From NCBI RefSeq assembly GCF_963921235.1, contig NC_086097.1, forward strand, positions 215,390,001 to 215,454,000: 64,000 nucleotides of DNA. Direction: 5' to 3'. This DNA is from Mobula hypostoma. Lineage: Eukaryota. The notes under the pieces were generated by a model, which made no database searches, was not told where the DNA came from, and saw only the letters and a list, made by a program, of their open reading frames with translations. This document shows positions 40,284-52,894 of this stretch, in pieces (the first letter of the stretch is position 1; the number at the start of each line of letters is the position of its first letter). The translations under genes were made by a program, and so were the position numbers.

Positions 40284-40889
40284 GAAAAACCTACTGTATT
40301 AACCAACTGCATGGAACAGGTACAGGTCAAAAATGATACCTGGTGTCTGAACCACCATCTTTAATGTGCAGTTACCTTTATCATGATTTTCTTTTAAGCA
40401 CCATTGAGCCTGAATTGCAAACATTCACTAAGGGCCTAAATAAGTGTTTGAATTGTGTTTTTGTTCCCTGCATATTATGAGCTGCTAGTGAGACAAGGAA
40501 TATCTTCTTAGTTTAATAGGATTGACTCATTACACACTTACTTTTTGCTGCTTATTTCATCATTGCTTTTAGTTGTGGGAAGGAATATAACCCAAGTATT
40601 TCCATTTAATATTGACCTAATTTCCATTAAGATGAATAAAGACAATATACCAATAGTTTCGATTTAAAGTAAAATAAATTATAATAATTAAATAGATGAT
40701 CAACAAAACATTCCATCCTCTGACCTTTCAAGTTTATGCTTTAATAAAGTCTAAATCAGAATAAAAATCTAATATCACTGGTTTATATGTAATGAAATTT
40801 GTTGTTTTGCAGTTAAGACAATTTTAAAATTACTATAAATTACAAACTAAATAAACAGTGTAGGTAAAAGAACTAAAAAAGTAAGGTTC

Positions 40890-41109
40890 ACATACAAAAT
40901 GCTGGAGGACCTCAGCAGGCCAGGCAGCATCTATGGAAAAGAGCAAACAGTCAACGTTTTGAGCAGAGGCTCTTCCTGATGAAGAATCTTAGCCTGGAAC
41001 ATCAACTGTTAACTCTTTTCTATAGATGTTGCCTGGCCTGCAGAATTCCTCCACCATTTTGTGTGTGTTGCTTGGATTTCCAGCATCTGCAGATTTTCTT
41101 GTGTAACTG
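40890..41109. mobile_element. Short fold-back PLE-derived insert
   Basis: 40890-40975 is an inverted copy of ~40982-41066, with the junction at the CTGATGA box. TSD AGTAAGGTTC at 40880-40889 and 41110-41119. Confidence 0.85.
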
Positions 41110-41167
41110 AGTAAGGTTCGTGGGTTAATGGACCATTCAGAAATCTTCAGGTTCTTGTACCTCCTCC

Positions 41168-42333
41168 TGTTATGGGGGGCAGGGGACGCTGGGAACTGAC
41201 CCAAATGCAAGACACAGACACTGAAGTACTAGGAACAGGACAGGACTAGAGATTAGAGATAGGGACAGGATTGGATGCAGACTAGGAGCTGGGACAAGAA
41301 CACAGACTTGGGCTAGGACGACTAGGAAAGTGGGACCTGGACGAGGAACTAGAAATTAGGAGTCTGGGCATGGACTCCGAGACAGAGACTGGACAAGGAC
41401 CCAGAACCTAGGTCTTGACTCGGGCTCGGACCCCGGAACTAGGCGAGGACGTGACGAGGCTTGGGCTCCTTCGAGGCTTGGGTATGGACTCCAAGACAGA
41501 GACTGGACAAGGACCCAGAACCTAGGTCTTGACTCGGGCTTGGACCCCGGAACTAGGCGAGGACGTGACGAGGCTTGGGCTCCTTCGAGGCTTGGGTATG
41601 GACTCCGAGCCAGAGACTGGGCAAGGACCCAGAACCTGGGTCTTGACTCGGGCTCAGACTCCAGAACTAGACATGGCTATAGGACTAGATGAGGCTTGGA
41701 TTCTTCAAGGTTTTCCTGGGCAGGACAAGGTACTCCTGGGCTGGGCGAGGCACAAGAACAGGACGAGTCCCCGAAGTCAAGACTTGGTCTTGGCAGAACA
41801 GGGAACACAGGGCCTTGGCCTTGGCAGAACAGGGAACACAGGGACAGGGAACACAGAGCCGGGACCCCCTCATTGAGAACAGGACTTGAGGCCAGGGCTC
41901 TACAGAGTCAGGACCCCTCCTAGGGAGCAGGACGTAGGGCCAGGACTCATACACAGAACACAGAGACCCAGTTCCCAACACTAGGTAGCGGGAAACGGCT
42001 AGACCTACCTAGTGAAGGCATGGACACAGAGACAGTTCAAAACAACAATAGACAGTTCCTTATCTTACTCCAACAGTTGAACTTGACAGCTGTGCAGGCG
42101 AAGCAAGGCTTGGTGAGGCTTCAGGCAGGGCTCTGGGAGGAAGTTGAAGGGAAGGGAACAATCCAGCAACTGAAGCTGAACCCAGGAGCTGTTTATGTAG
42201 CCAGCCCAAGATCAGAATCATCTGCCCCAATTAAGACACACAACAGGATAAGAGAAAACCGGAAAACCTGGAATACGGATCGATAGACCGGACCATGAAC
42301 CGGAATGCCGACTTCATGGACCGGACCATGACA
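41168..42333 (-). mobile_element. Solo LTR (Gypsy/BEL-like), 1166 bp
   Basis: TGTTATGG...CCATGACA termini (7/8 inverted match) and a 5-bp TSD CCTCC/CCGCC. It interrupts a Rex-like host, is GC-richer than its surroundings and has no coding motifs. Confidence 0.75.
41371..41670. repeat. 114-bp tandem repeat, ~2.6 copies, inside the LTR
   Basis: The unit start tggactcc recurs at 41371, 41485 and 41599. Confidence 0.95.
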
Positions 42334-42597
42334 CCGCCATGATGTTAGTATTAAGAAGGGGGCATGTTCCAGATGGTGAGAGTCCTTGGTGATGAATGCT
42401 ACCTTTGGTAAACACTGCTCCTTAAAGGTGTCCTCAGTTGGGGAAGGTTGTATCTTTGATGGAGCTGGCTAATTCTACAACTCTCTGCAGCGTCTTGTGA
42501 TCCTGTGTGTTGGAACCTCCATACCTGGTTGTGATGCAACCAGTCAGAAAGCTGTCCAATGTTTATCTGTAGAAATTTGCAAAGATTTCCAATATGG

Positions 42598-43210
42598 TGC
42601 TGAGCCGTGACCTCCATTGAGTTCCAGCTCAGATTTAGTTGTTCTTTAATTGTTTAATTTTTAATTTTTTTAGGTTCAAAAGGATGGTCAGGGGGACAGA
42701 GAGGGCAGTTAGGGGATTGGTTAGGACATTGGGACAGGAACATGGAGGAATTAGAGGTCAGGCCAGAGTCTTAAGTCTCCGCTCCATGTTCGAAGTCCAG
42801 TGATGGCGTGTCCTGGGATCAATGCCAGGATCGATGGCTGAGTCTCATATTGGAAGTCTGGAAGTCAAGGCCCATTGGCCAGAGACAAGTCTGTGAGTAT
42901 ACTGGAGAGGTTAAAACCCAGAGTCTACCGGCCCAAGTCTATGTCTGCTGAAGGCCTGTCCTGGTGTCAGAACACTGTGTATCTGCATGGGTGGAAGGGA
43001 AGAACAGGGCTAATTTTTGCTGTCGTTTTGTTGCTTGTTGTGTTCTGTGTTGTTCTGCTGAGCATTGTGGGTATGTGATTTTGGTGCCAGAATGTTTGAT
43101 GACGCTTGTGCACTGGATACCTTGGAGTGTATTGGTTGATTATTAACATAAACAATGCATTTCACTGTATGTTTCATTGTACACATGACTAATGAACTTG
43201 AACCTTGAAA
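42598..43210 (+). mobile_element. Unclassified non-coding retro-element (SINE-like) nested in the Rex relic
   Basis: Ends with a LINE-like 3' end (tttcactgtatgtttcattgtacacatgactaat) and a (ttgaa)-type tail. The host aaagatttcc.. resumes at ~43215. Confidence 0.5.
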
Positions 43211-44359
43211 TTTTTGTAACATCCAAATCTCTTGAGACTCCTAACAAAGGAGAGCCTTCTTTGTGATTGCCTCAGTGTGCTAGGTTCAATAAATATCGCC
43301 CAAGAGTTTGAGACCCAGAAACGTGAAACTGATCATCCATTTTACCGCTGACCGCTCAGAGGGCTGATGAGTGTTCTCTTGCCTTCCCTTTCCTTTAGTC
43401 CACAATTAATTCTTTGATCATACCGACTTTGAGCGCATTGCTGTTGTCGTGACACCATTCTACCAACTGTTCTATCACCATTCCTGTTCACTTCCTTGTC
43501 TCCGAGATACTGAGTGGTGACATCAGCGAACTAACAGACGGTGTTTGAGCTGTTCTTAGGAACATAGTCATGAGATTAGTGAGAGTAAAGCAGTGGGTTA
43601 AGCACACATTCTTGAAGTACACCGATGTTGATTGTCAGTGAAGCTGAGATGTTATTTCCAACCCACACAGACTGTGGTCTGCTGATGAGGAAGTCAAGAA
43701 TCCAGTTGTAGAGGGAGGCTTAGTTGCCCCAGGATTTGAAACTCATTGATTAATACTAACAGAATAATGGTGCTGAAACCTGTAATTGATAAGGAGCAGC
43801 CCAGCATAAGTTTTGCTGTGGTCTCGGTGCTCTAAAGCAGAGAGCCAGAGAGATTTCATCCACTGTAGGCCTGTTATTTTGGTAGACAAATTGCAGTGGA
43901 TCCAGTTCCTTACTCACACAGTAGTAACTTTAGCCAGAAACAGCCTCCCAAAGTTCTTCATCAAGTAGATGTGAGAGCTACCAGGTAATAGCCACTGAGG
44001 CAGCTCACCATGCTCTTCTTGGGCATTGGTATGATTTTTTTGCCCTGGGATGGGAACCTCAGATTGCAGCAGTGAGAGGCTGAAAATATCCTTGAATATT
44101 CCAGCCAGTTGGTTGGCACAAGTTTTCAGTACCTGTCCAGGTATATCGTCAGGCCATGACACCTTGCTATGGTTCACCCACTTGAAGGATGTGCTGATAT
44201 TGGCCTCTGAGGCAGAGATCACAGGGTCACTGGTTGCTGTAAGGATTTGCACAGGTGTAGTATTATTCTCCCATTGAAAGTGTGTATAAAAGTCATGAGC
44301 TCATCGGGTAGTGAATTATCACTGTCATTTATGGTGTTAGGTTTCGGCTTATGGGAGAT

Positions 44360-47300
44360 AATGGCATGCAAACCCTTAACTTCATTTTCTGATTCTCATG
44401 AATGAGTATGTGGAGTTTCTATGCCAGATTTTATATGTAACATTTAGCAGCATTTGTAAATTACATGAATTTAAATGTTAATCATCATCAGAAGGAGAAA
44501 TTAAAATAAAGCATTGAGAAACGCCAAGTTGATACAAAAACATCCACTCAGATATGATTGAATATCTGATTATATATGATTATATATACTCAGATATAGA
44601 TGTTACAGAATAGGCCTAATGCAACTATTTAATCATTTTATATTCTATTGTTCTGCAACATATTTATAAAAACAAAGACATTTCAGGTATCTATGTCATG
44701 GAATGCCAATAATGGTTACAATAAACTATTGATACGAATATGATTCCCAATCTTTTAACATAAAACTAGTCATGGAGGAAGCCTCTCAAGCTCCCAAAAC
44801 CCAAAGATTATTGTTAATTCTTCATTTATCTTAATGCTGCTTAAAGCAACTTTCTAAAATACCAGCAGCTTTTGTTTCATCTTCTGCTGATTTTTTTTAT
44901 CTCCCCCTCCCCAAAAAATTAACACATGAACATGCACATTGACACTGTTCATGTCAAAAAATAAATGAAGCAGAATTTATGACTCTGTGTTTGTCAACAT
45001 GGGTACAATCAAATCGTTGCTCAGCAGGAAGGAGCCGTAGGAAATCAAAGTTGTATTGGATTAATTAGCAAAATAATAATAAGTCTGTCTAATGATTACT
45101 CTGTGTAAGGTCATGATCTTGAAAAAGTCCTTGAGGAGACTTGCAGCTGATTGCTAAGGGGATAAGGCCTAAGTGAATGAATGTGATAAAAATGTTCAGC
45201 TCAGTGTAGACAGTAAATGCACAAGCATTTAATCACAGAGAGAGGTAGAGGGAGGCAGACAGAGAGAAGTAATGCAACTAGAAACAGGAAAGCATATTTT
45301 ATGTATTTGTAATAATGTTATTTTCCTTTCTCAAAGGTCTGTTCCACTGATAGTTCCATCTATGCCCTCTGGCAGCTTTATATAAATTGTTAAATATACA
45401 GTGTAGTGAAATCAGTACATAAATCAGAAGTGAGCAGAGGTGCTATAAAATGGTTAACTTCTTTCCTGTTTTGTAATGGATCTTGGCCATTACCAGCTTT
45501 GGTTCCATCAGGCTCTATTGCAAAAGAAAAAGTGTCAAACCAGCGCCAAAATTAAAATATAGCAGATTCGCACTTTGCATTAAAATATTTTCTTGGTGGG
45601 ATTACTAATCGTGTAGGGACAATCTTTGAAGCCTGCGCTCTCTGTTAAAGCAGCCACATTCAGCTAATTTGTGCTGGCAACTCCTTTAGTGGCTGCTGCT
45701 GATGCAGTATCGATTCCTGGACACTGCTACAGTAGAGTCACTAGTGAGAGGTTCAAAACACCGCAATATGGGCCGGTAGCGATTGGAAGCAGCCATTCCA
45801 ATACACAAACAAGGTCAATTAGAGGACAGTGCAGCATCGCCGTGTGGAAATAGTTGTAATCTAAAATAGAGTATATTTAATTAAAATCTATTATTAAATT
45901 GAAGATGTTAAGCAAAAAATCGGATGCATTATATGAAAATATTACTGCTGCTTGTAATTTAGGATTATTTAACTATGGTTGCTTAGCACATAACACTGAT
46001 TCCAGTTGAGATTGGAACCTGCATAGGAGCTTTAAATTAGGGAAGTACTATTCTTCACGTTTTTTTTCGGTGGAGGGGGTAGAAGGGGGTCGACTTTTTT
46101 TTAAAATCTAACACTCGGGATTTTAGTGCAGTTTTACAGGAGACTGTATAGCCGGTAGCAAATAAGCAGCCGGCACCCCCAGGGACTCATAAAGCCATCT
46201 TCCTGTGCAGGCAGTCTTTGAGGTTCTTACAGCTTGTAAAGAGAAATAGTCAGAACCGGGATGACACAACTGCACATTGCGAATGAAGGTCAAAGTGGCA
46301 TTGCGGTGGAAAGCAAAATGCTGATGCATGTTGACATGTCATCTAAGAGCAGCTGCCGTGTCAAAGCAATTGCAAAATTAATTCCCTACACCCATGATAA
46401 CAGGAAGCACAATATCATAAACAAACGAATAATTTTATCCCATGTAAATTATTTAAAAAAAACTAATTTTTACAAAGTGCTGTAATTGAATAGTTCTTAT
46501 TTTTTTAAGAAAGGGAAAGTTAAAGCCAGGTTATTTGATTTTTCTAAAGTGGCCAGTCATGACTGTAATCGTTCAGATGAAATTCCACATATTAGTGGTA
46601 TCGTCGGAAAATTTTTCGCTTGTTCCATGGGATCAGAGGAACATTCGGGTGCCAAAACTTCTCCTCTCGCTTACAGACAGGAGCCAAAATGATCAGTATG
46701 CTTTGGTCAGTAATTGGGTTTGCAGGTCACATCTGCCCAGCGACTACTCAGGCCTGATTATTGCGATACATTGCAGCCTGAAATAATTGCTTCCTGGAAC
46801 ATCTGCGGTTGTCATTTTCAGCACCTTCCCGTGGACAGCTCCAGGGCAGACGCTCGAGGTCAAAGTGGACTCCTGCTGTGGGGACACGGCATGATCGCTT
46901 TCAGATCTCACATTCTCATATTAGTTTTTACTTCTTAAAATCACAATTCATTACATTTTATTTCCTAACTGCATATTGACGAGTTGATTTCAGAAACTAT
47001 AAACTTTCAAAAGGGGATGGCTTTCTTACAACTTGCAACAACTGTTTTGGGTTTTTAGTATTTATTATTTTTGCCTGCTTTTTGAATATGACACAGTATT
47101 CTTGCTAATTACAAATGTATCCCAATGCAAAAAAACTGAACTATTAAAACTAACCTATCCCAGAAACCAAACATTGATTACTGGTTCAATCATTCAGGGA
47201 TTTTGCGAACATTAGAATTACAAGATATTCAAGCAATTTAAAGGATGACAATTAGAACAAAATCAAAACATTTGTGTAAGATTTGCCTAACTTAATGAAT

Positions 47301-48480
47301 ACTATAATAGCTTAAATAAAGATGTGAGTGCCAATGATATTGCACTTTATTTTACTCTGACGTCCCAAACAATGGATTAGAGGATCAGTCCACTGATCCT
47401 TAAACTCATAAACTGAATACCTTGTGTCTTTGTGGTAAAAATGGTAGTAAATGAAGTGGTATCAATAAAATTGCTGCTGTTTTCTTGAGTTGCATTACCA
47501 AACAGTCAATAATTTAACCATACTTAGAGAAGTAGCAAGTTTCGTGCATCTGGCAAAGTGGTTAGGGTATGCCATCGAGAGAAAACAGAGAGGTTAGCTA
47601 TTCATATAATGTTTCCTGTGAACATAGCTATATCATTTCCTAGTTCCTTGCCACAGTGAGCAAAAGAAGTTGAAAAATTCAATCTTTATAATGGTGGTTT
47701 TGGGGACATCAACAGTAAAATGAGGTCTAATGCAATTAGAGATTTTTTATGCATGTCAACTTATTAATACTATAGAAATTTATATGGCTTTCCATTGGCT
47801 CCGTTAAGCTGTGTGTCAGTAGTATCAAAATGGCATCGTCTCGAAGCACCTTTGAAAGAATGGACTAAGACTGTTAATTATTTCCCATAGTTATTTCACA
47901 TTTTTATTAAAAAGTGATTTTGAGTAATGGTGTCTGATTTTTTTTAGTGGGGGGGGCCAGCTGCTGTGAGTGGAGATAGTCGCTATTTGTTGATTCCTCC
48001 CATGTTGTTCTGGTCCTTTTCATTCATGTCACTTAAAGGGCATCTCTGTCCTAATTATAGCTGTGCTCAGGGATAAGCTGAGAGGTCATTTATATAGGCC
48101 AATGGAGTTAGTTCTTTTTTACATCCAACTTAACAAAGCTGCTGATGTCAGAAATTACGAGAAGCTTATCAGTGTTTGCAAAGAATTGCAGGAGAAACTG
48201 ACAGCCTTTCTTCTCCTGAAGCTGCAATGCTTGGGAAATATTAATACATCATTTTGTGTGATTAATAGCATCAGCAGCTAGTTCTTCATCAGTACATTAA
48301 AATATTAAATTTAAACTAGAAAAGTAACCATATTCAGAATTCAAAAAAGTCCCATTTGTACTTAGTTAGTACTAAAACACAAAGGTAGCCTAAGCAAAAA
48401 AAAAGTGCAGCGGAGGCTAAATATTGTGTAACCCATAATTACTCTACTAGGTAGGGTTTTAGTTAAACAAAAATAAATAA
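44360..48480. promoter_or_regulatory. Repeat-free island, candidate conserved non-coding or enhancer cluster
   Basis: No recognisable TE over ~4 kb. CpGs are locally retained at 45540-46910, with multiple AGGTCA, TAAT, TGACA, GGAAG and TAAACAAA motifs. Conservation cannot be seen from one sequence. Confidence 0.45.
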
Positions 48481-48489
48481 ATAAAACAT

Positions 48490-48690
48490 AACGCAGTACA
48501 GGCCCTTCAGTCAACGATGTGCCAATCTTTTAACATACACTACGATTGATCAGACCCACCTCTCCTACATAGTCCACAACTCTCATTTTTCTTTTAAACC
48601 ACATCCCTATCTAAGAGTCTGTAAAATTTCCCTAATGTATCAACCTTAGCCACCATTAACAGTACATTACAGACACTTACCATTCTCTAG
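48490..48690 (-). mobile_element. Degraded CR1 3' UTR relic
   Basis: cagtacaggcccttcag...ccctatctaagagtct...caccattctct matches other CR1 3' ends in the window. Confidence 0.6.
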
Positions 48691-49574
48691 TTTGTCAGAC
48701 TATTGTCCAAAAGTCATTTTTGGAAATTTCATACCATTAAATACTGGGAAGTCCAAAGGCATGATCTTTAATCCTTCACACTGAACCTTGGCATTGTATT
48801 TGAACCTAAGATGAGCTTTCAGCTGCATATCTGACTCCTTCCAATATCATAACATTTCCTATCTCAGTCTCTTCCTCAGATCGTCAATGTAACTCTTGAC
48901 CTTTGTTATACCTGGACTTGTCTATCTAAACCTCCTTTGACTGACCTTGGCTCCTCTGTAGTCTCATCCAAAATTCTGCTGCTGAAAATCGTAACTTGGT
49001 ACTAAACCCCCCTGTTCCTCCATCATTATGATGTTTACCGACCTCAGTCCTTTGATTCCAATTTTGTTTACAATATAGAAAAAGTCATGGGTATACAAGG
49101 TGCGATTCTCAGAAATATGTATCATAACTGCAAATAATTTCAAGGTTTAGGCTAGAAATGCAAACTTACAATGTGTGGCCTTCAGCCATGATGTTAGGAT
49201 TTGAAGTGGTGGTTCTTAAAGTTAAATTCACTTCAAACATTGGAACCAAATCAATATGTGGATAGGAGATAGAAGAAGGCTCAATCCATCTCCAACAATC
49301 ACACATTGTAGGAACATTGGCAAGTACCAGAACAGTACAGCCCTGCACTGCAAATAATGAAGAAAAGCTCACCTTAACTAAGAATGTACCTGGTGCATTG
49401 GTGAAGATTCAATGGACATTTTCAGTGGCAACCTCCCAACAGTAGCTCAGTAAGGATGGGCCTCTTACCTAATACTTGAACACACCTTCATCCTTCTACT
49501 TAACCTTACTTTGCTACTCGAGGCCAAAGCTACCATCCTAGGTACAAAAGGAGAAGCTACCTGCCTGTTAGCCT

Positions 49575-50335
49575 ATCATCAGCGGCAGGGAAAGTGCTGA
49601 AATCCATAATGAAAGACGTACCACAGAACAATATAATGCAAATCAGCAGCATCAAATAGGAGATTCATCAGATATAATTCTGAGTATATGACTTGTAGAC
49701 TGGATACGTAGAAACCAATGTGCTGATATACATGCATTTTTGAAGACACTTAATGAAATCCCAGCCAGGTGCTTGTAAATAAGGTTGGAGCAGATGGAGC
49801 TGTGGGTTACATATCCCCTTAGATTGAGTATTGGTTATTGGGCAGAAAGCAAAGAGTGGGAGTAAGTTGCTGTTAGGCTACCAGGTTGACAATACTTGGG
49901 CCCAGCATTGCACAATCTAAATCAATGATTTGGCTGCCATATAGGTGTTCTGGCTGTATGAAACTAGAAGGAATTGTGAGTATAGCAGAAGGTGCAAAGA
50001 GTCCTTAGTGGATATGGACAAGATGAATGAGTGGATAAAAACATGGCAGATGGACTAGAACTTGGAAAGAGGTCGTCCACGTTGGTGAAACTCCTAGGTT
50101 CACTTTACTGAAAACACTAAACAGAATGGTGAAGTATTTATTAAGCAGTGAGAGACTGGATCATGCTAATGTTCAAAGAACATAGATATGCCTGCACGCA
50201 AGTCACTGAAAGCCAACATGCAGTTGTATAGATGATAAGGTCAAGTGATATGTTAGCCATTATAGTGAGAGGATTTAAAGAGGGGTAGGGATATATTAGT
50301 GCAATTGCATACACTGCACCTGGAGTATTTCCTAT
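49575..50335 (+). mobile_element. Highly degraded CR1 RT relic
   Basis: gggaaagtgctgaaatccataat, ggcagaaagcaaagagtggg, cttgggcccag, atggcagatgga and gcacctggagtatt occur in CR1 order. Confidence 0.7.
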
Positions 50336-50689
50336 TCTATTCTGAACTGAGGATGTAGATTCCTCCTCAAATTAACTTTTGATGTGAACATGTCTCCTAT
50401 TATCATCATGGATAGCAACAAGACTTTTTTGGAATTTTATTAAGTCAGCCTGTTCTCAGACAAATTATTTCTAGTTTGTTTATCACAATAGTCAAATGGT
50501 ACTGAGCCTGGAAGCTGTTGTAATCTTGTTACTTTTATGAGCTTTTGCGTTCCAGGCTCATCTGATTTTTATCTATTTTAACAGTTCTGAAGCAATCATT
50601 TCGTCTGTCAATTGATCATGTAAGTGTACCATCTCTACTCACCTTTACAAGCCAAAATGGATTCCAGATTTAGTCTCTGATTGTTTGAA

Positions 50690-51848
50690 TTGAACAGAGG
50701 ACATTTGGATTTTCAGAAGGAATTTGACAAGATGCCACACATGAGGCTACTTAACAAGTAACAGGGAAGATGCTAGCTTGGATAGAGCATTGGATGATTA
50801 GCAGGAGGAAAAGAGCGTGAATAAAGAGAGCCTTTTCTGGTGGGCTGCCAGTGACTAGCAGTGTCTTACAGGGGTCTATATTGGGACTGTTTCTCTTTAT
50901 ATTGTATGTCAATGATCTTGATGATGGAATTGATGGCTTTGTGGCCAAATTTGAGGGCGATATTAAGACAGGTGGATAGGCAGGTAGTTTTGAAGAATCA
51001 GAGAGGCTACGAAGTACATAGACAGATTAAGAGAATAGGCAAAGAAATGGCAGATTGAATACCATGTTTGGAAGTATATGGCCACACACTTTGGTAGAAG
51101 AAATGAAAGCACAGACTGTTTTCTAAACGGAGAATAAAGCAACTTGGGAGTCCCCGTGGCTTCCCTAAAGGTTTGTTTGGAGGTTGAGTAGATGGTGAGG
51201 AAGGTAGAGCAATGTTATCATTCATTCTAAGAGGACTAGAATATAAAAGCAAGGATGAAATATTGAGGTTTTTGAAGGCTTCATTTGGAATATTGTGAGC
51301 AGTTTTGTGCCTCTTATCTAAGACAGGATGTGCTGGCATTGGAGAGGTTTCAAAAGAGGCTCATGAAAACGATCCTGGCGTTGAAAGGCTTATCATATGA
51401 AGGGTGTTTGATGGCTCCGGCTCTGCACTTAGTGGAATTTAGAATAGTGAGGGGAGATCTCATTGAAATCTATCAAATGTTGAAAGACCTCAACAGAGTG
51501 AATATGGAGAGAATGTTTCCTCTGGTATGGGAGTCTAAGACCAGAGGATACAGCCTCAGATTCGAGGGACGTCTATTTAGAATGGGGATGAAGAGGAATT
51601 TCTTCAGCCAAAGAGTGGTGAATCTGTGGAATTCACTGCCACAGGCAGCTGTCTGTGGAGGCCAAGTCATTAGGCACATTTAAAGCAGAGGTTGATATAT
51701 TCTTGATTAGTCAGGGCATGAAGGGATATGGGGAGAAGGGAAGAGATTGGGGGTGAGAGGGAAATAGATCAGCCATGATGAAATGGCACAGCAGACTTGA
51801 TGGGCCAAATGGCCTAATTCTGTCCTTGTATCTTGTGGTCTTATAGTC
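50690..51848 (+). mobile_element. Degraded CR1 (RT to 3' UTR)
   Basis: ORF 51285-51683 reads EYCEQFCASYLRQDVLALERFQKR...RNFFSQRVVNLWNSLP. Tail tcttgtggtcttatagtct. Confidence 0.9.
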
Positions 51849-52894
51849 TAAAAGATTTAGAACTGAACTCAGTGTTTCTTGTCTCCAACTCTTTGAGGCC
51901 CAGTTATTGTTGTATAGTGAGGGAGGGATCAGAAAGAGTAAAATTTTTGATTTCCACTTGAGAATAAATGACAACTTGATTTAATCTCTCATCCAAAAGT
52001 AAGGCTATCTGAATATCCCCCTCCTATATTTTGTGTTTAAGAAGTGAGATTTGAACTCAAAGCCTTTGGCTTCAGAAAATTCTATCGTAGCTAACACGTT
52101 ACATTAATCATTCTATTTTCTATCGATGTTCTTAGATATTTCACATGTTTAATTCAGTGTGCACACTTTTAAATAAAACATTAAGTAAATAGATGACTGG
52201 ACACCAATCATCATCCAGTTAATATAAAATGTGAAGTTATAACAACGTGCCTGTATCAATAATGAAATTAACTGAAAAGCCGACATGCATGTGGATAAGT
52301 ATAAGATAATGGTACATGGAGCTTCTACATAAATACTGATGTTATGCTAGATGGTTTGAGAAACTGACCATATGACATGACTTTGTTTGTATGCGGTTAT
52401 GGCCTTGGTACTCAATATATCTCCATCTTTTCTTTGACCTTCCACAGTTTCTGACTATTTAATTATAGCTTCTTGCTGAAACCCTCTGCAATGTTCAGGT
52501 CAGAAGGACTGTCTTTCTTAGCTGCATTCTACCATCCCTCAGGGAGGCCACAATATCGTTATTAATGTGCTCTCTGCCTATCCCAGTGACATTTCCTCCA
52601 AGGATCATTTCTTAACCCCTTATTCTCCACACTCATATTTGTAATGCCATCTACAAACATGGTTTCAACCTATCACTCAGCTCTACCTTTCCCCCATCTT
52701 CACTTTACATTATCCTGCTGGCTCTCACACGTCAATCCTGGTGGAATGCAATTCCCCACAGCTTGTTGCCTTGGTGTCCAATCAAACATCTGAACTTTTT
52801 CCTAGTTCACTGATCGTCCTTGACCCTGGTTATTACTTTTGATTGAAGAAAATTGTTTTGTACCTTAACGCTCTGTTTAATCCTGATTTTAATA

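Larger units (their letters stand above)
40755..44360 (-). mobile_element. Old Rex1/Babar-like LINE relic interrupted by three insertions
   Basis: The tail aatcagaat lies near 40755. Host sequence is continuous across the inserts at 40890, 41168 and ~42600. The upstream part encodes GPDDIPG.VLKTCANQLAGIFKDIFSLSL-like sequence (43914-44252). Confidence 0.75.

Noticed and set aside
41371..41670. Regularly spaced repeats resembling a CRISPR array or coding repeat
   Set aside because: Whole units repeat with no unique spacers, and they lie within an LTR in eukaryotic DNA.
44924..44954. Hairpin acatgaaca...tgttcatgt as a possible pre-miRNA
   Set aside because: The stem is too short for a miRNA precursor.
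47381..47400. Palindrome AGGATCAGT-CC-ACTGATCCT
   Set aside because: An isolated 9-bp-arm inverted repeat is plausible by chance in 64 kb and has no supporting context.
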